Shown here: piece after piece, positions 41,086 to 51,610 of the stretch | Layout: each line of letters begins with the position of its first letter | Position numbering within the stretch: the first letter of the stretch is position 1 | Assembly: GCA_038248505.1 (NCBI GenBank) | Contig: JBBRXJ010000003.1 | Coordinates: 5,331 to 69,330, forward strand | Reading direction: 5' to 3' | Length of the DNA: 64,000 bases | DNA from: Bacteroidales bacterium | GTDB taxonomy: Bacteria; Bacteroidota; Bacteroidia; Bacteroidales; JBBRXJ01 | The notes under the pieces: model-generated | The model's database searches: none | Told to the model about the DNA's origin: nothing | The model's input: the letters and a program-made list of their open reading frames with translations, nothing else | Made by a program: the position numbers and the translations under genes

Positions 41086-42507
41086 ATGTCTACATTTCAA
41101 CGCCGCCTTAATCTTTGGGACTCTACCGCTCTTGTAGTTGGATCAATGATTGGATCAGGTATTTTTATTGTAAGTTCGGATATGGCCCGTGGGCTAGGCG
41201 CGACAGGTTGGTTTTTACTGGCTTGGATTATTTCAGGAATTCTTACTGTTTTCTCCGCACTAGTATATGGCGAATTGGCCGGAATGATGCCCAATGTGGG
41301 CGGACAATATGTTTATTTACGCGAAGCATACGGCAGTTTGTATGGGTTCTTATACGGGTGGGCGCTTTTTTTAGTTATTCAAACGGGTACCATAGCAGCT
41401 ATTTCCATGGCCTTTGCAAAATATCTCGGTTTACTAATTCCATTTGTTAGTGAAAACAATATTTTATTGCAAGTTGGAATTATAAAAATAAATAGCGTGC
41501 ATGCTATAGCCTGTTTTGTTATAATATTATTAACGTGGGTCAATACCTTGGGTGTTAAAGAAGGGAAAACGGTACAAAATATTTTCACATTTCTAAAAGT
41601 TTCAATACTCTTTATTTTCATTGTTGCCGGTTTTATTTTTGCTAGCAGCAAAGGATACTGGCAACAAAACCTATCTATATTATGGGATACACATATTGTT
41701 GGGGGTGAGATTAGTGGTTTTGGATTAGCAATTGCTATGGCTACATCAATGGTTGGTAGTATGTTTGCTCTCGACTCATGGTATAATGTAACCTTTGCTT
41801 CTGATGAGGTTATTGATCCTAAACGTAATCTTCCTCGTAGCTTAATTTTGGGTACCATTACTGTTTCCATTATTTATCTTTTTACAAATGTTGTATTTCT
41901 ATTATGTTTGCCCTTGCGTGGTGATAGCACATCAACAAATATTATTGCTCAGGGTATTCAATTTGCTGCTAACGATCGTGTTGGTACTGCTGCCATGTAT
42001 GCGATGATGGGAGCTGGAGCTGCCGCAATAATGGCCATTGTAGTTATGATTTCAACATTTGGTGCTAATAATGGAATTATACTTTCGGGTGCACGAGTAT
42101 ATTACTCAATGGCAAATGATGGTTTGTTTTTTAAATGGGTTGCTACTTTAAATAAAAAAGGAGTTCCTGCTAAAGGACTTGTATTACAAGGAGTTTGGTC
42201 ATTTCTTTTATGTCTTTCAGGTTCTTATAGTCAACTTCTCGATTATGTTATTTTTGTCTCCATGCTTTTCTTAGTGCTTACTTGTTTTGCGGTTATTAAA
42301 TTTAGACGTACACGTCCAGATGCTGAGAGACCTTATAAAGTATGGGGATATCCTTATGTTCCAATAATATATATAGTAAGTGCTGTTTTTATTATGATTG
42401 TTCTTCTTATTAAAAAACCACTTTTTACCTGGCCTGGCTTAGGAATTGTAGTGCTTGGAATACCGGTGTATTACCTATGGAAAAACAAAAATACAAACAA
42501 CATATAG
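41086..42507 (+). CDS. APC-superfamily amino acid permease
   Basis: 473 aa and about 12 TM. N-terminal LNLWDSTALVVGSMIGSGIF signature. Confidence 0.85.
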   Translation: MSTFQRRLNLWDSTALVVGSMIGSGIFIVSSDMARGLGATGWFLLAWIISGILTVFSALVYGELAGMMPNVGGQYVYLREAYGSLYGFLYGWALFLVIQTGTIAAISMAFAKYLGLLIPFVSENNILLQVGIIKINSVHAIACFVIILLTWVNTLGVKEGKTVQNIFTFLKVSILFIFIVAGFIFASSKGYWQQNLSILWDTHIVGGEISGFGLAIAMATSMVGSMFALDSWYNVTFASDEVIDPKRNLPRSLILGTITVSIIYLFTNVVFLLCLPLRGDSTSTNIIAQGIQFAANDRVGTAAMYAMMGAGAAAIMAIVVMISTFGANNGIILSGARVYYSMANDGLFFKWVATLNKKGVPAKGLVLQGVWSFLLCLSGSYSQLLDYVIFVSMLFLVLTCFAVIKFRRTRPDAERPYKVWGYPYVPIIYIVSAVFIMIVLLIKKPLFTWPGLGIVVLGIPVYYLWKNKNTNNI

Positions 42508-42569
42508 AACAATCGGCCTCCGTATATCACTACTCACTCTGCGTCGTCGGATCACTTCATAAAATACAA

Positions 42570-43715
42570 ATGAAAAAATCCTCCATCATATATCACATTT
42601 TCATTGATCGCTTTGCTGGGAATATGCATGGAAATCCGATGCATAATGATTACATAGGAGGAAATTTAAAAGGGATAAACGAAAAAATAGTTTACATTGC
42701 TTCTCTGGGTGTTGATATTATATGGCTTTCGCCTTTTTATGAAAATACATCCTATCATGGATATCATATTACAAATTATGAAACCGTTGATAAACACTTT
42801 GGCACTACTGAAGATTTATGCAACTTAATTGAAACAGCTCATAATTATAATATTAAGGTGATTGCCGATTTTGTTCCTAATCACTGCTCTCGTCATCATC
42901 CTTTTTTTGTAGAGGCAATTAAGAACAAGGATAGTAGGTATTGGAAATGGTTTTATTTTACACGATGGCCTAAAAAATATCTATCTTTTCTTCATTTTAG
43001 CGAATTGCCTAAAATAAATTTGGAACACGAAGAAGCGGCTACATACTTTATTAAAGTAGCTAAATACTGGCTTTCACTGGGTCTTGATGGATATCGAATA
43101 GATCATGTAGTAGGAATCTCTCACAAATACTTAAAACGTTTTAATACTGAAATAAAAGCTTCGTATCCTAAATCGATTATTATAGGTGAAGCATGGATTG
43201 AAGGCATAAACCTTAAACAATATAGAACTTTAAAAATAAGAAGTAATTTAAAAATGTTGCTTACTAAAAATGCTCAAGATACTATACAACTTGAATATAT
43301 TGATGAACTTGATGGAGTGCTTGATTTTAGAGCAAACCGTTTAATACGCGAACATTTTTGTTGGAATCCCCCCTTACATAAAAATTTATCGGAAGAATTA
43401 CAGAAACATTATTCAAAATATCCTGAAATATTTTTATTGCCAGTTTTTCTTGATAATCATGATATGGAGCGTTTTATGTGGCAATGTGGTAATGATATAA
43501 GCAAATTTAAGAATGCTATAAATTTTATTTTCACCCTAAAACAACCGATAATCTTATATTATGGAACAGAGCATGGAATGACACAAAATAAAAGCATCTC
43601 AGGAAAAAATGGCAATGATATTTTCGCCAGACAAATGATGCAATGGAACAATCTTAATGAGGAGAATATCTTATTTTTCAAAGCACTCGCTATAAAAAGA
43701 AAAAGCATTTTTTAA
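42570..43715 (+). CDS. GH13 alpha-amylase family glycoside hydrolase
   Basis: About 381 aa from the ATG at 42570 (MKKSSIIYHIFIDRFAG). The four GH13 regions are DFVPNHCS, GYRIDHV, GEAW and FLDNHD. The track ORF start at 42477 overlaps the permease gene. Confidence 0.85.
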   Translation: MKKSSIIYHIFIDRFAGNMHGNPMHNDYIGGNLKGINEKIVYIASLGVDIIWLSPFYENTSYHGYHITNYETVDKHFGTTEDLCNLIETAHNYNIKVIADFVPNHCSRHHPFFVEAIKNKDSRYWKWFYFTRWPKKYLSFLHFSELPKINLEHEEAATYFIKVAKYWLSLGLDGYRIDHVVGISHKYLKRFNTEIKASYPKSIIIGEAWIEGINLKQYRTLKIRSNLKMLLTKNAQDTIQLEYIDELDGVLDFRANRLIREHFCWNPPLHKNLSEELQKHYSKYPEIFLLPVFLDNHDMERFMWQCGNDISKFKNAINFIFTLKQPIILYYGTEHGMTQNKSISGKNGNDIFARQMMQWNNLNEENILFFKALAIKRKSIF

Positions 43716-44126
43716 AACAAACATAATATTATAAAAAGCATTTTTTAAGTTTTATTTTTATTAGTAATATTCCGCTATATTTACAAAGTAAAGATTAATA
43801 TTATGATAAAAGCACTATTAATTACAAGCTTATGTTTATTGTCTATCTGGAAAAGCTCATGTAATTGACCACCCAATGCTTTTCATTTCAATTGTAATTT
43901 TTCTTGAAATGTTTCTAATAAAAAAAATATTGAGTGTCTTTGTTATTTATTTTAGTGTTTTATGTTTTTTAAGGAGTAATGGACATTTGTGGTGCTGTTT
44001 ATTTTTAATATCGCTGAATAATTTGACAATAGATTATCATCTTTACATAATTAGATGAAACGGAAACAGGTTTTGCTGGAGAGCAACCTGTCAGGGATAC
44101 ATCTAATGGTCTATAAAAATGTTAAA

Positions 44127-44166
44127 TCAATGGGTTATCTTATAAAGTAGCCCATTGATATTTTTT
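44127..44166 (+). terminator. Hairpin plus T-run (terminator-like) at the edge of the IS remnants
   Basis: Perfect 8-bp stem TCAATGGG / CCCATTGA, 16-nt loop, then TATTTTTT. Confidence 0.45.
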
Positions 44167-44174
44167 CGAGACCC

Positions 44175-45110
44175 TCATGCCTTAAAAAACTCATCTATAA
44201 ACTTTTTTTTTCTTGCCATTGACAATCCATTATCGTTACGCAATTTGTTCTTCAAATCAGCAAAGTGACCTTCTATTGCGTTAGTTGTATTGGGTATTTT
44301 CAAACTCATATTATTGTACCATGTAAATAACCATGGAAGGTTTGTTTTCATCCTTCTATAAGCACTTCTAAGCTTTCTATGGACATATCTATTTTTTCCC
44401 TTTGCATCAAACTTTCGTTTATTCAAAAAAGATTCCCATTTGATGAACCAATTATTTAAACCGCCTTTGAAACTCTCCTTATCTGTTTTTGTTTGTAACA
44501 ATGTATGTTCCAAAAGTTCTTTGCTCGCTTGTATTTTAGGATTTTTTGTCAAGTATCGTCTGATAATGGCTACTTGATGAAATTACACATTTGAATAAGA
44601 ACTTGCTTTTCAAAAAGTTGAAATAGCATTTTACGACCATCACAAATAATGGCTTATATTTTTATACCTCTTCTTGTTATTTCTTCTACTCCATTCAAAT
44701 ATAATTTGTTGGTTTCTTGTTTAACATATTGTTTACAAAGGATTTGCCTGGTGATACTGTCTTTAAAAACCATTACACAAAACTTTCTTCCAAAATAGGT
44801 TGTATCCATAAGCACATTGGCAACACATGGAAACGTAGATTTTTCTTCTATTTCAACCGTATCTATTTTTCGGTGTATTGTCTTTAAAGAGCAACCATCG
44901 AGACAAAGTTTTCCAACGGCATTTAGTCGCAAGTTGCAAATAGCTTTGCTTGCCTTCAACATATTCTTTCCAAATATCTTCTTTTTTAGGTCTTTGAGCT
45001 CCTAGGAAACGCTTACCAAAAGCGGCTCATTTATATCGTTGAACATTGTTGTGGAAACCATCCTTTCGTACAATTTTACTCCCACAATAAAAGCAGTTTA
45101 TTTATTCATA
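44175..45110 (-). pseudogene. DDE transposase pseudogene with N-terminal zinc ribbon (IS family not resolved)
   Basis: My minus-strand reading gives CFYCGSKIVRKDGFHNNVQRYK*AAFGKRF (an in-frame stop where a Cys is expected). Next comes ...VLMDTTYFGRKFCVMVFKD... (ORF 44654-44962), and after further frame breaks ...YVHRKLRSAYRRMKTNLPWLFTWY...IPNTTNAIEGHFADLKNKLR (ORF 44175-44552). Confidence 0.65.
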
Positions 45111-45164
45111 TTTTTTCATTTAGCTCAAATATAACATTTTCAATGCCTTCAAGTGTTTTAAACA

Positions 45165-45489
45165 CCATATTTGTCCATTAACCCAATTTTCACTACAAAA
45201 TCCAGATGATTTAAAAATAATGTTTCTTGATAATGGGGCTTTCCATAAAGCGAAAAAACTAAAAGTGCTGGGAAATATCATACTCATTTTCCTCCCTCCA
45301 TATAGTACAGAACTAAATTCAGCAGAAAAAATGAGGGCAAAAATTAAAAGAACATTCACAAACCGCTTATTTAAAAACCTAAAAGAAATAAGTACATTTA
45401 TTGAAGAGCAAGTGATGGCTTTAACTCTGTATGATGTCAAATCCATTTGTTCCTATAAATATATATTTTCAGATTTGACTAAAGATTAA
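45165..45489 (+). pseudogene. IS630-family transposase C-terminal remnant (DDE_3)
   Basis: MFLDNGAFHKAKKLKVLGNIILIFLPPYSTELNSAEKMRAKIKR corresponds to the DNA..H....LPPYSPELNPIE block of IS630/Tc1-mariner transposases. The N-terminal two thirds are absent. Confidence 0.6.
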
Positions 45490-45534
45490 ATCATTATGGT
45501 ATAAGCGAGTAAAGGGGGTGGTCAAGTTGGATGA

Positions 45535-45965
45535 TCGAAAGGTGTTCAAGTCAATGATTTATTTCAGCTTATTACTAAACTTGATGAAAACGGGAAATTA
45601 GTGTGGATGCAAAAACTTCCTAAAAAACAAGTTGGAACTGCTGGCCAAGGTGGAATGTCATACAAATACATGAGTTGCAACGATGGTCACTATTTAGTTT
45701 TTCTTGATAACGAAAAAAACATGAGTTTGCCAGATAACAAAAGACCTTATATGCACAATGATGGAGCAGGAGCGTTTTTAACCACATATTTAATTGAAGA
45801 TAAAAAGGAAGTGTTAAGAAAATAACTTTATTAGATACTCGAAATATAAATGAAATTGCTATTTATCAGTTTAAAACTACCAGAATGGTTTCGGTTGCTG
45901 ATAATACATTTGTTTTTGAAGCGTATAAAAAAGATATACGCATAAAAGTTATTTTAAATAAATAG
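45535..45965 (+). pseudogene. Orphan C-terminal gene fragment with an internal frame break, unknown function
   Basis: The frame opens right after the IS remnant (SKGVQVNDLFQLITKLDENGKLVWMQKLPKK...) and stops at 45825. It continues in another frame (LLDTRNINEIAIYQFKTTRMVSVADNTFVFEAYKK...) to 45965, and is followed by a terminator. Confidence 0.4.
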
Positions 45966-45983
45966 GAATAATTATGTTGAAAG

Positions 45984-46017
45984 AGCCGAGATTACTAAAA
46001 GTGATCTCGGTTTTTTT
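45984..46017 (+). terminator. Rho-independent terminator
   Basis: 8-bp stem GCCGAGAT / ATCTCGGT, 11-nt loop, run of 7 T. Confidence 0.7.
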
Positions 46018-46085
46018 GTTTCAATACCGAATAATACAGTTTTTTAATTTCTTTTGCTACCTTTACTTTACTATACATAAAGCAT

Positions 46086-48914
46086 TTGAAACGATTTTTG
46101 CAATATTGCCTTTTCATTTTAATATTTGCTACTCCAAATCTTTTAGCCCAATTCTATGAAACGGGCCAAGACCCTGCATCAATAAAATGGCGTCAGATAA
46201 CAAGTCCACACTTCCGTATTATTTATCCATCAGAGATTAGTCGTGATGCTCAACATTTAGCCAATACTTTGGAATATGTTTACGGACCCATGGCGAAATC
46301 ATTAAAACATGAGCCGCGTAATATATCCATTCTGCTTCACAACCGTTCTTTAAAATCAAATGCTTACGTGGTATGGGCTCCCAAACGAATGGAGATTTAC
46401 ACAACGCCTCCGCAAGATATGTATCCACAACTATGGACTGAACAAATTGCTTTGCATGAATTAAGACATGTAGTTCAAATTGATAAATTAAATTCAAGTT
46501 TTGGTCATATACTATCTCTAATCTTTGGAGAGCAAGGAGTAGGATCACTCGCTGGAATGGTACCTCAATGGTTTTTTGAAGGCGATGCAGTTTATACAGA
46601 AACAGCCTTTTCAACAACTGGGCGAGGCAGAATGCCTTCGTTTGAGATGAGACTTCGTGCAATTACCCTTGAAAAAAACACACAGTATTCATACCCAAAA
46701 ACACTTTTAGGCTCATATCGCGATTTTGTGCCTGATTATTATGAGTATGGTTACCAAATGGTGTCGTATGGCCGCATTAAATATGGGAATTTAATTTGGG
46801 AAAAACCACTCCGCAATGTGGCTCGTGCCCCTTTTATTGCTAGCCCTTTTACGCTATCAATGATTCACAATATGGGCCATACTAAACGTAGCTTTTACCT
46901 AGAAGCATTTGATAGTTTAAAAATAAAATGGAATATTCAAAACGACTCTGTTCATCCCGAAAAATATATATCGCTTAACACAAACCCTAAAAAATATTAT
47001 ACCACCCTACGTTTCCCTCAATACCTCGATAATTCGCATACGCTGGCATTCAAAAGTAATATAGACGACATTGATCGTTTTATTGTTATTGACTCCTTAG
47101 GTAACGAAAAAAGGCTCTTTACACCAGGCAGTTTTGACCGTACCTGTATTTCGTATGCTGCCGGAAAACTTGTTTGGTGCGAATATCAATATGACCTACG
47201 ATGGGAAGAACAAAATTTTTATGCCATACGCATGCTTGACATTCAATCGGGTAAAACAAAAGAAATTAGTAAACGTAGTCGTTATTTTGCTCCGGCAATT
47301 GATTCGTCGGGGAAGTACGTTGCAGCTATTGAAATTGATATTTCAAACCGTTGTGCAATAGTTATTCTTAATGCTGATAATGGAACAATACTTAGCAAAA
47401 AATTGTTTGGTTATGATACCGTTTTACAATTACCTTCCTGGAACAAATCATCAACATCCATTATATTTACTGCAGTTTTAGCATCGGGGAAAGGTATTTT
47501 TCAATACAACATACATTCGAACACCCTAAAGGCGGTTATTGAGCCATCATTAAATGACGTGTCTTTTCCCATATATTATAAAAACTATATTCTTTATAAA
47601 GCTGATTACTCTGGCATTGATAATATTTACGCTATTGATACGCTTACAAAAAATATTTGGTGTATTACCAATGCTAAATATGGCGCCTCTGATCCGACGG
47701 TTTCGCCAGATGGAAAAATATTGTTATTTGCTGACTATAGTGTAAAAGGATACAATGTTGCGAAATTGATAATAGATACGAATTCTTGGATTGAGTTGCC
47801 GAGAGTCAAAAACTATTCGCTTCAATTATCGAATACGATAGCAAAACAGGAGAATTTTGTTTTAAAACATGAAAACATTCCTCAGGACACTTTTATAGAT
47901 AGGTCTTATAAACGATTTCCTCATTTATTGCACTTTCATAGCTGGTCGCCATTTTATTATAATTACGATTTTACTTCAGTAAATAATCCTTTATTGTTTC
48001 CCGGTATTACCTTTCTTACTCAAAATACGCTGGGCTCTTCAACGGGTTCTATAGCACTGGCTTACAAAAATAGATTAGTAAGTTTGAATACAAAATATAC
48101 GATGAGCGGTCTCTATCCAGTTATTGAATTTAATACCGAATCGAATACTTTTTCAGATGCATTTTACACGCGTATATATCAACCATTAAACTTTAAGAAG
48201 AATAAATACTTCCGAACATTTATTCCAATTTTACATACCAGACTAAGTAATAGTAGCAGGTTCAATGATAAAAGTACGAAAACACCTCATTTTAATTATT
48301 TACGTTATCAATTGTACTTTAGCAATTATTTAAAATACTCGTATCGCGATATTAAACCGCGCTTTGGACAAGTGATTGATATTAGTTTTTTACATAATGC
48401 GTTTAATAGTAGCGTGAAAAATTCAACTTTTATTGCTGATATTAATTTGTATTTACCCGGTATTGGTCGCCATCATACATTCGCATTACGTGGAGCCTGG
48501 CAAACGCAATACGGAAAATCAATTGTTTACAATACGCTACAAGTGTCTAGAACTATTCATTTTCAAGATTTTTTCTTTGATAAGATATCTTGTTTTGCTG
48601 CCGATTATTTTATGCCTCTCTTTTATCCTGATCTTAATTTTCGCTCGTGGTTTTATATAAAACGTGTTCAGGCAAATTTATTTTTTGAACTAAACAATTT
48701 CAACAAAATATATTATAATGGCAACTATTATGGCTACAAACCTATTATGTACAAACCTATTAGATACAAACAAATAGCAGGTATTGACGTAACAGCCGAT
48801 TATCATCTTTTAAATTTCATTTTTCCTTTTAATACTGGCATCCGTTTAGAATATTTTCCTCTTTCTGATAACTACTTCGCCCAAGTTTTATTTAGAATTG
48901 CCTTAAATCCGTAA
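46086..48914 (+). CDS. Large secreted protein with an N-terminal HExxH metalloprotease-like region and TolB/PD40-like beta-propeller repeats
   Basis: 942 aa. Signal peptide MKRFLQYCLFILIFATPNLLAQ. HELRHV motif at about aa 125. PD40-like segments (YFAPAIDSSGKYVAAIE, ASDPTVSPDGKILLFADYS). Aromatic-rich C-terminal third. TTG start, with no in-frame ATG upstream. Confidence 0.6.
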   Translation: MKRFLQYCLFILIFATPNLLAQFYETGQDPASIKWRQITSPHFRIIYPSEISRDAQHLANTLEYVYGPMAKSLKHEPRNISILLHNRSLKSNAYVVWAPKRMEIYTTPPQDMYPQLWTEQIALHELRHVVQIDKLNSSFGHILSLIFGEQGVGSLAGMVPQWFFEGDAVYTETAFSTTGRGRMPSFEMRLRAITLEKNTQYSYPKTLLGSYRDFVPDYYEYGYQMVSYGRIKYGNLIWEKPLRNVARAPFIASPFTLSMIHNMGHTKRSFYLEAFDSLKIKWNIQNDSVHPEKYISLNTNPKKYYTTLRFPQYLDNSHTLAFKSNIDDIDRFIVIDSLGNEKRLFTPGSFDRTCISYAAGKLVWCEYQYDLRWEEQNFYAIRMLDIQSGKTKEISKRSRYFAPAIDSSGKYVAAIEIDISNRCAIVILNADNGTILSKKLFGYDTVLQLPSWNKSSTSIIFTAVLASGKGIFQYNIHSNTLKAVIEPSLNDVSFPIYYKNYILYKADYSGIDNIYAIDTLTKNIWCITNAKYGASDPTVSPDGKILLFADYSVKGYNVAKLIIDTNSWIELPRVKNYSLQLSNTIAKQENFVLKHENIPQDTFIDRSYKRFPHLLHFHSWSPFYYNYDFTSVNNPLLFPGITFLTQNTLGSSTGSIALAYKNRLVSLNTKYTMSGLYPVIEFNTESNTFSDAFYTRIYQPLNFKKNKYFRTFIPILHTRLSNSSRFNDKSTKTPHFNYLRYQLYFSNYLKYSYRDIKPRFGQVIDISFLHNAFNSSVKNSTFIADINLYLPGIGRHHTFALRGAWQTQYGKSIVYNTLQVSRTIHFQDFFFDKISCFAADYFMPLFYPDLNFRSWFYIKRVQANLFFELNNFNKIYYNGNYYGYKPIMYKPIRYKQIAGIDVTADYHLLNFIFPFNTGIRLEYFPLSDNYFAQVLFRIALNP

Positions 48915-49059
48915 GTAATTTGGGGTTTATATAAAATATTTATAAATGGTAAACGTATTTAACTACTAAAAGAAATTTAGCTTAACTACTTTCGTTTGTC
49001 TAGTATTTACGGTAAACTCAAAGATCTCATTTTTGGGTGCGTAATTGAAAGCTTTATTG

Positions 49060-49260
49060 TATTTGGTCCGCCGCGGCGTAGAAAAAGCTTGAATGGAAAA
49101 TAATTAATGCTGATTTGTAACATTAAAATTGCTCTACATCTTATGAACCGATGTATATGAGAACGTTATGTGTCCGCTTTGGAGGAGTGTGAGAGACGGA
49201 TAGAGTCAGGGTTTTCTGGCGAAGCCGTTTACTCGATAGTAGGGTGTTGTTTGTCCTGCT
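49060..49260. repeat. GC-rich mosaic intergenic element, locus E
   Basis: Shares TCCGCCGCGGCG, GCTGATTTGTAA..AAAATTGC and GTGAGAGACGG modules with the 14.7-18.9 kb loci. Confidence 0.55.
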
Positions 49261-49353
49261 ATATGGACAAGTTAATAATATGTTATATGAAAACAAGAAA
49301 CAAATTTATTAGGTAGTCCAATCGATACGAATAGAAGAAAATCGTCCAATTGT

Positions 49354-49962
49354 TTATAAATTTTTGCGGCCACCGAAAGAGTATCCAAGAGACAAGCCGA
49401 AATCCAAACCAGATCCCCACGTGTACATCTTGGCCCAAGAATCTCCGTTTGCAGGCACAGCATCCTTCCATTCGTATTCACTATTAAAAGGGGGGCCGTA
49501 ACCCAACCAATAACTGATAGTGAACCCTGAATTCCACACATAAGTTTGCCCCAGGCCTGCACCTATAACAAATGACTCAAACAGGTATTCGGCACCATAG
49601 TGAATCCCGTCAAGGTTCATATACCTAGCATTGAGATCTACAAAACTATTTCTGTATGCAGATTTAAATAGCCACATAAACTTGGCGTCCTCGACAGGTC
49701 GTAAAAAATATTTATAATGGAGTCCAACACCATATTCTTTCTCCTCAGAGATGAATGGAAATGAACCTCCTCCCATTACAAATAGGGCGTGTCGGGGAGT
49801 CATACGCAGTTCATAAGACATACCCCATCTCTCGAAACCCAATCCGGCCACATTGAATTGGAAAGAATGACGGTTGAATAGGGTGTCATTTGACTGGGCA
49901 GTAACAGCCGTGTATGTTAAAATTAAAATCACGAGACACGATATTTTCTTCAGCTGTTTCAT
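49354..49962 (-). CDS. Small outer-membrane beta-barrel protein (putative)
   Basis: About 202 aa from the ATG at 49962 (MKQLKKISCLVILILTYTAVTAQ signal peptide). Alternating aromatic/Gly-rich beta-strand pattern. Confidence 0.5.
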   Translation of the reverse strand: MKQLKKISCLVILILTYTAVTAQSNDTLFNRHSFQFNVAGLGFERWGMSYELRMTPRHALFVMGGGSFPFISEEKEYGVGLHYKYFLRPVEDAKFMWLFKSAYRNSFVDLNARYMNLDGIHYGAEYLFESFVIGAGLGQTYVWNSGFTISYWLGYGPPFNSEYEWKDAVPANGDSWAKMYTWGSGLDFGLSLGYSFGGRKNL

Positions 49963-50213
49963 TTTGTTTTCACTATTTATTGCAATCATACTGTTGTTTT
50001 TAATTATGTTATGTTGCAAAGAAACAAATACAAAATAGATTAAATGCCCAAGCGTATAGGCTTAAGAAACTTCATTGTCCAACCTTATAGGGAAGGGCTC
50101 GCAACTATCTAAATAATATATTTTTCTATTAAATTGAAAATTCGAAAAAAAAGTGTAAAAAAAGACATTAATTCTATCTTGAAATTCGATTTTTACCTAA
50201 AAATGACTACGGG

Positions 50214-51368
50214 CTAAACTTTATTACGAAATTCAGTTGGGGTTAAACCTTCGTATTTTTTAAAGATAGAATTAAAACTACTCTTAGAATTAAAGCCACA
50301 ATCATACGCCAACGAAAGTATGGTGTATTTTTTATTTGAAGGGTTGCTCATTTTTTGTTTTGCTAAATCCACTCTATAACCGTTCACAAAGTCAAAGAAA
50401 TATTTCTTCAAATTTTCATTAATTACTTGAGAAAGATGATTCGTTGAAATATTCATTTTCTCGGCAACTTCTTTTAATGAAAGTTTACCATTTAGATAAG
50501 GTTTTTCTTCCTCCATATAGAGTAATAACGCTTTTAAATGGCTTGCAGAATCATCTTTTTTAAGACCAGATTTTTCATAACGATTACTTGCTGAATTAGT
50601 ATCAGGCTCTATTGTCAGAACTTCTTTTTTCTCCAAAGGAATTGAATAAATAACTTGTTGTCTTATGCCAAAAAAACCTAACAAAAAGACAAATGCCACA
50701 AAAGCAGACTGTCCTTGCATGTCAAGCATCATATGATCTTCAGGGAGCATATCATTGGATGTAGTTGCGTCAAGATAATAAACATAAGCAACTAGGCTTG
50801 AAATAACAACCCATAAAAGGACTAATAGGAAAGTTAATATTCTCAACCAATTTAAGCTGATGTTTTCTTCATAAGAAAATATTTTCCGAATAGAAACTTT
50901 ATGATTTTTCAAAAGTCTTAATGTTGCTACTAAGTATATTGTTGAAAATAATATAGCGATCCCAAAAACGAAACTTTGATAAGGATTTGTTGATACGTGA
51001 GTAACTAAATTAACCTTTTCGTTATATGGAAGTTGTGCCAAAGGAATAATACTGATATAAATAATAGCTGTAGGGATAAGATGAAGTAACCACTTAGCTT
51101 TAAAAACATTCTCTTTAGTGCTTAGTGATTCAGTATAGACATACATTATAGAATAATATACAACTAATACACCTGAAGGGATATGACCATATTCGATGTA
51201 AAAAACATAGCCAGACTGGAATGAGTAATAAACAAAAGCTAAGTGAACTGCAAAAAATGAAAGCCAGAGTGCTAATATTTTGTCAGATATAGATTTCCTT
51301 TTTTTGGAAAGAACTAAAATAGCAAAAAAAGCAGATTGAAAAGCACCTATTAATATTAATACTTCCAT
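50214..51368 (-). CDS. Membrane-anchored AraC-family transcriptional regulator
   Basis: 384 aa. About 6-7 N-terminal TM segments, then a C-terminal AraC HTH (LKEVAEKMNISTNHLSQVINE...SLAYDCGFNSKSSFNSIFKKYEGLTPTEF). Confidence 0.8.
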   Translation of the reverse strand: MEVLILIGAFQSAFFAILVLSKKRKSISDKILALWLSFFAVHLAFVYYSFQSGYVFYIEYGHIPSGVLVVYYSIMYVYTESLSTKENVFKAKWLLHLIPTAIIYISIIPLAQLPYNEKVNLVTHVSTNPYQSFVFGIAILFSTIYLVATLRLLKNHKVSIRKIFSYEENISLNWLRILTFLLVLLWVVISSLVAYVYYLDATTSNDMLPEDHMMLDMQGQSAFVAFVFLLGFFGIRQQVIYSIPLEKKEVLTIEPDTNSASNRYEKSGLKKDDSASHLKALLLYMEEEKPYLNGKLSLKEVAEKMNISTNHLSQVINENLKKYFFDFVNGYRVDLAKQKMSNPSNKKYTILSLAYDCGFNSKSSFNSIFKKYEGLTPTEFRNKV

Positions 51369-51610
51369 AAAAACAATATTAACACTTTATATTTTTTCTG
51401 ATGATAATTCCACTAATTTCTGAATAGCCTATTTTGAACTTCTTTTCCATCACTCAGTTTTATTATTGGTTCTTGGTTTCTTTTTACCCTATAACGCTTG
51501 ATTGCTATACCCAGTAATGGATTTCGTGGGATGATACTATCAACCGATGCAAAATTTAATGCGGGTGATACTGCTCGAAAACCTCTGAATCTCCATTGTA
51601 TGTAATGTTA

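Noticed and set aside
41379-41870. Long antisense or alternative-frame ORFs inside confident genes. Examples are 41379-41870, 41115-41450, 46237-46662, 53730-54050, 59107-59718, 33361-33648 and 16257-16613.
   Set aside because: Each lies wholly within a well-supported CDS on the opposite strand or in another frame. Their composition is low-complexity or odd, and I recognise no motifs. They are typical shadow ORFs.
43876-44058. 60-aa hydrophobic ORF between the GH13 gene and the IS remnants.
   Set aside because: It is AT-rich and Phe/Leu/Ile-dominated, as expected from random translation of AT-rich DNA. It has no start context or homology.
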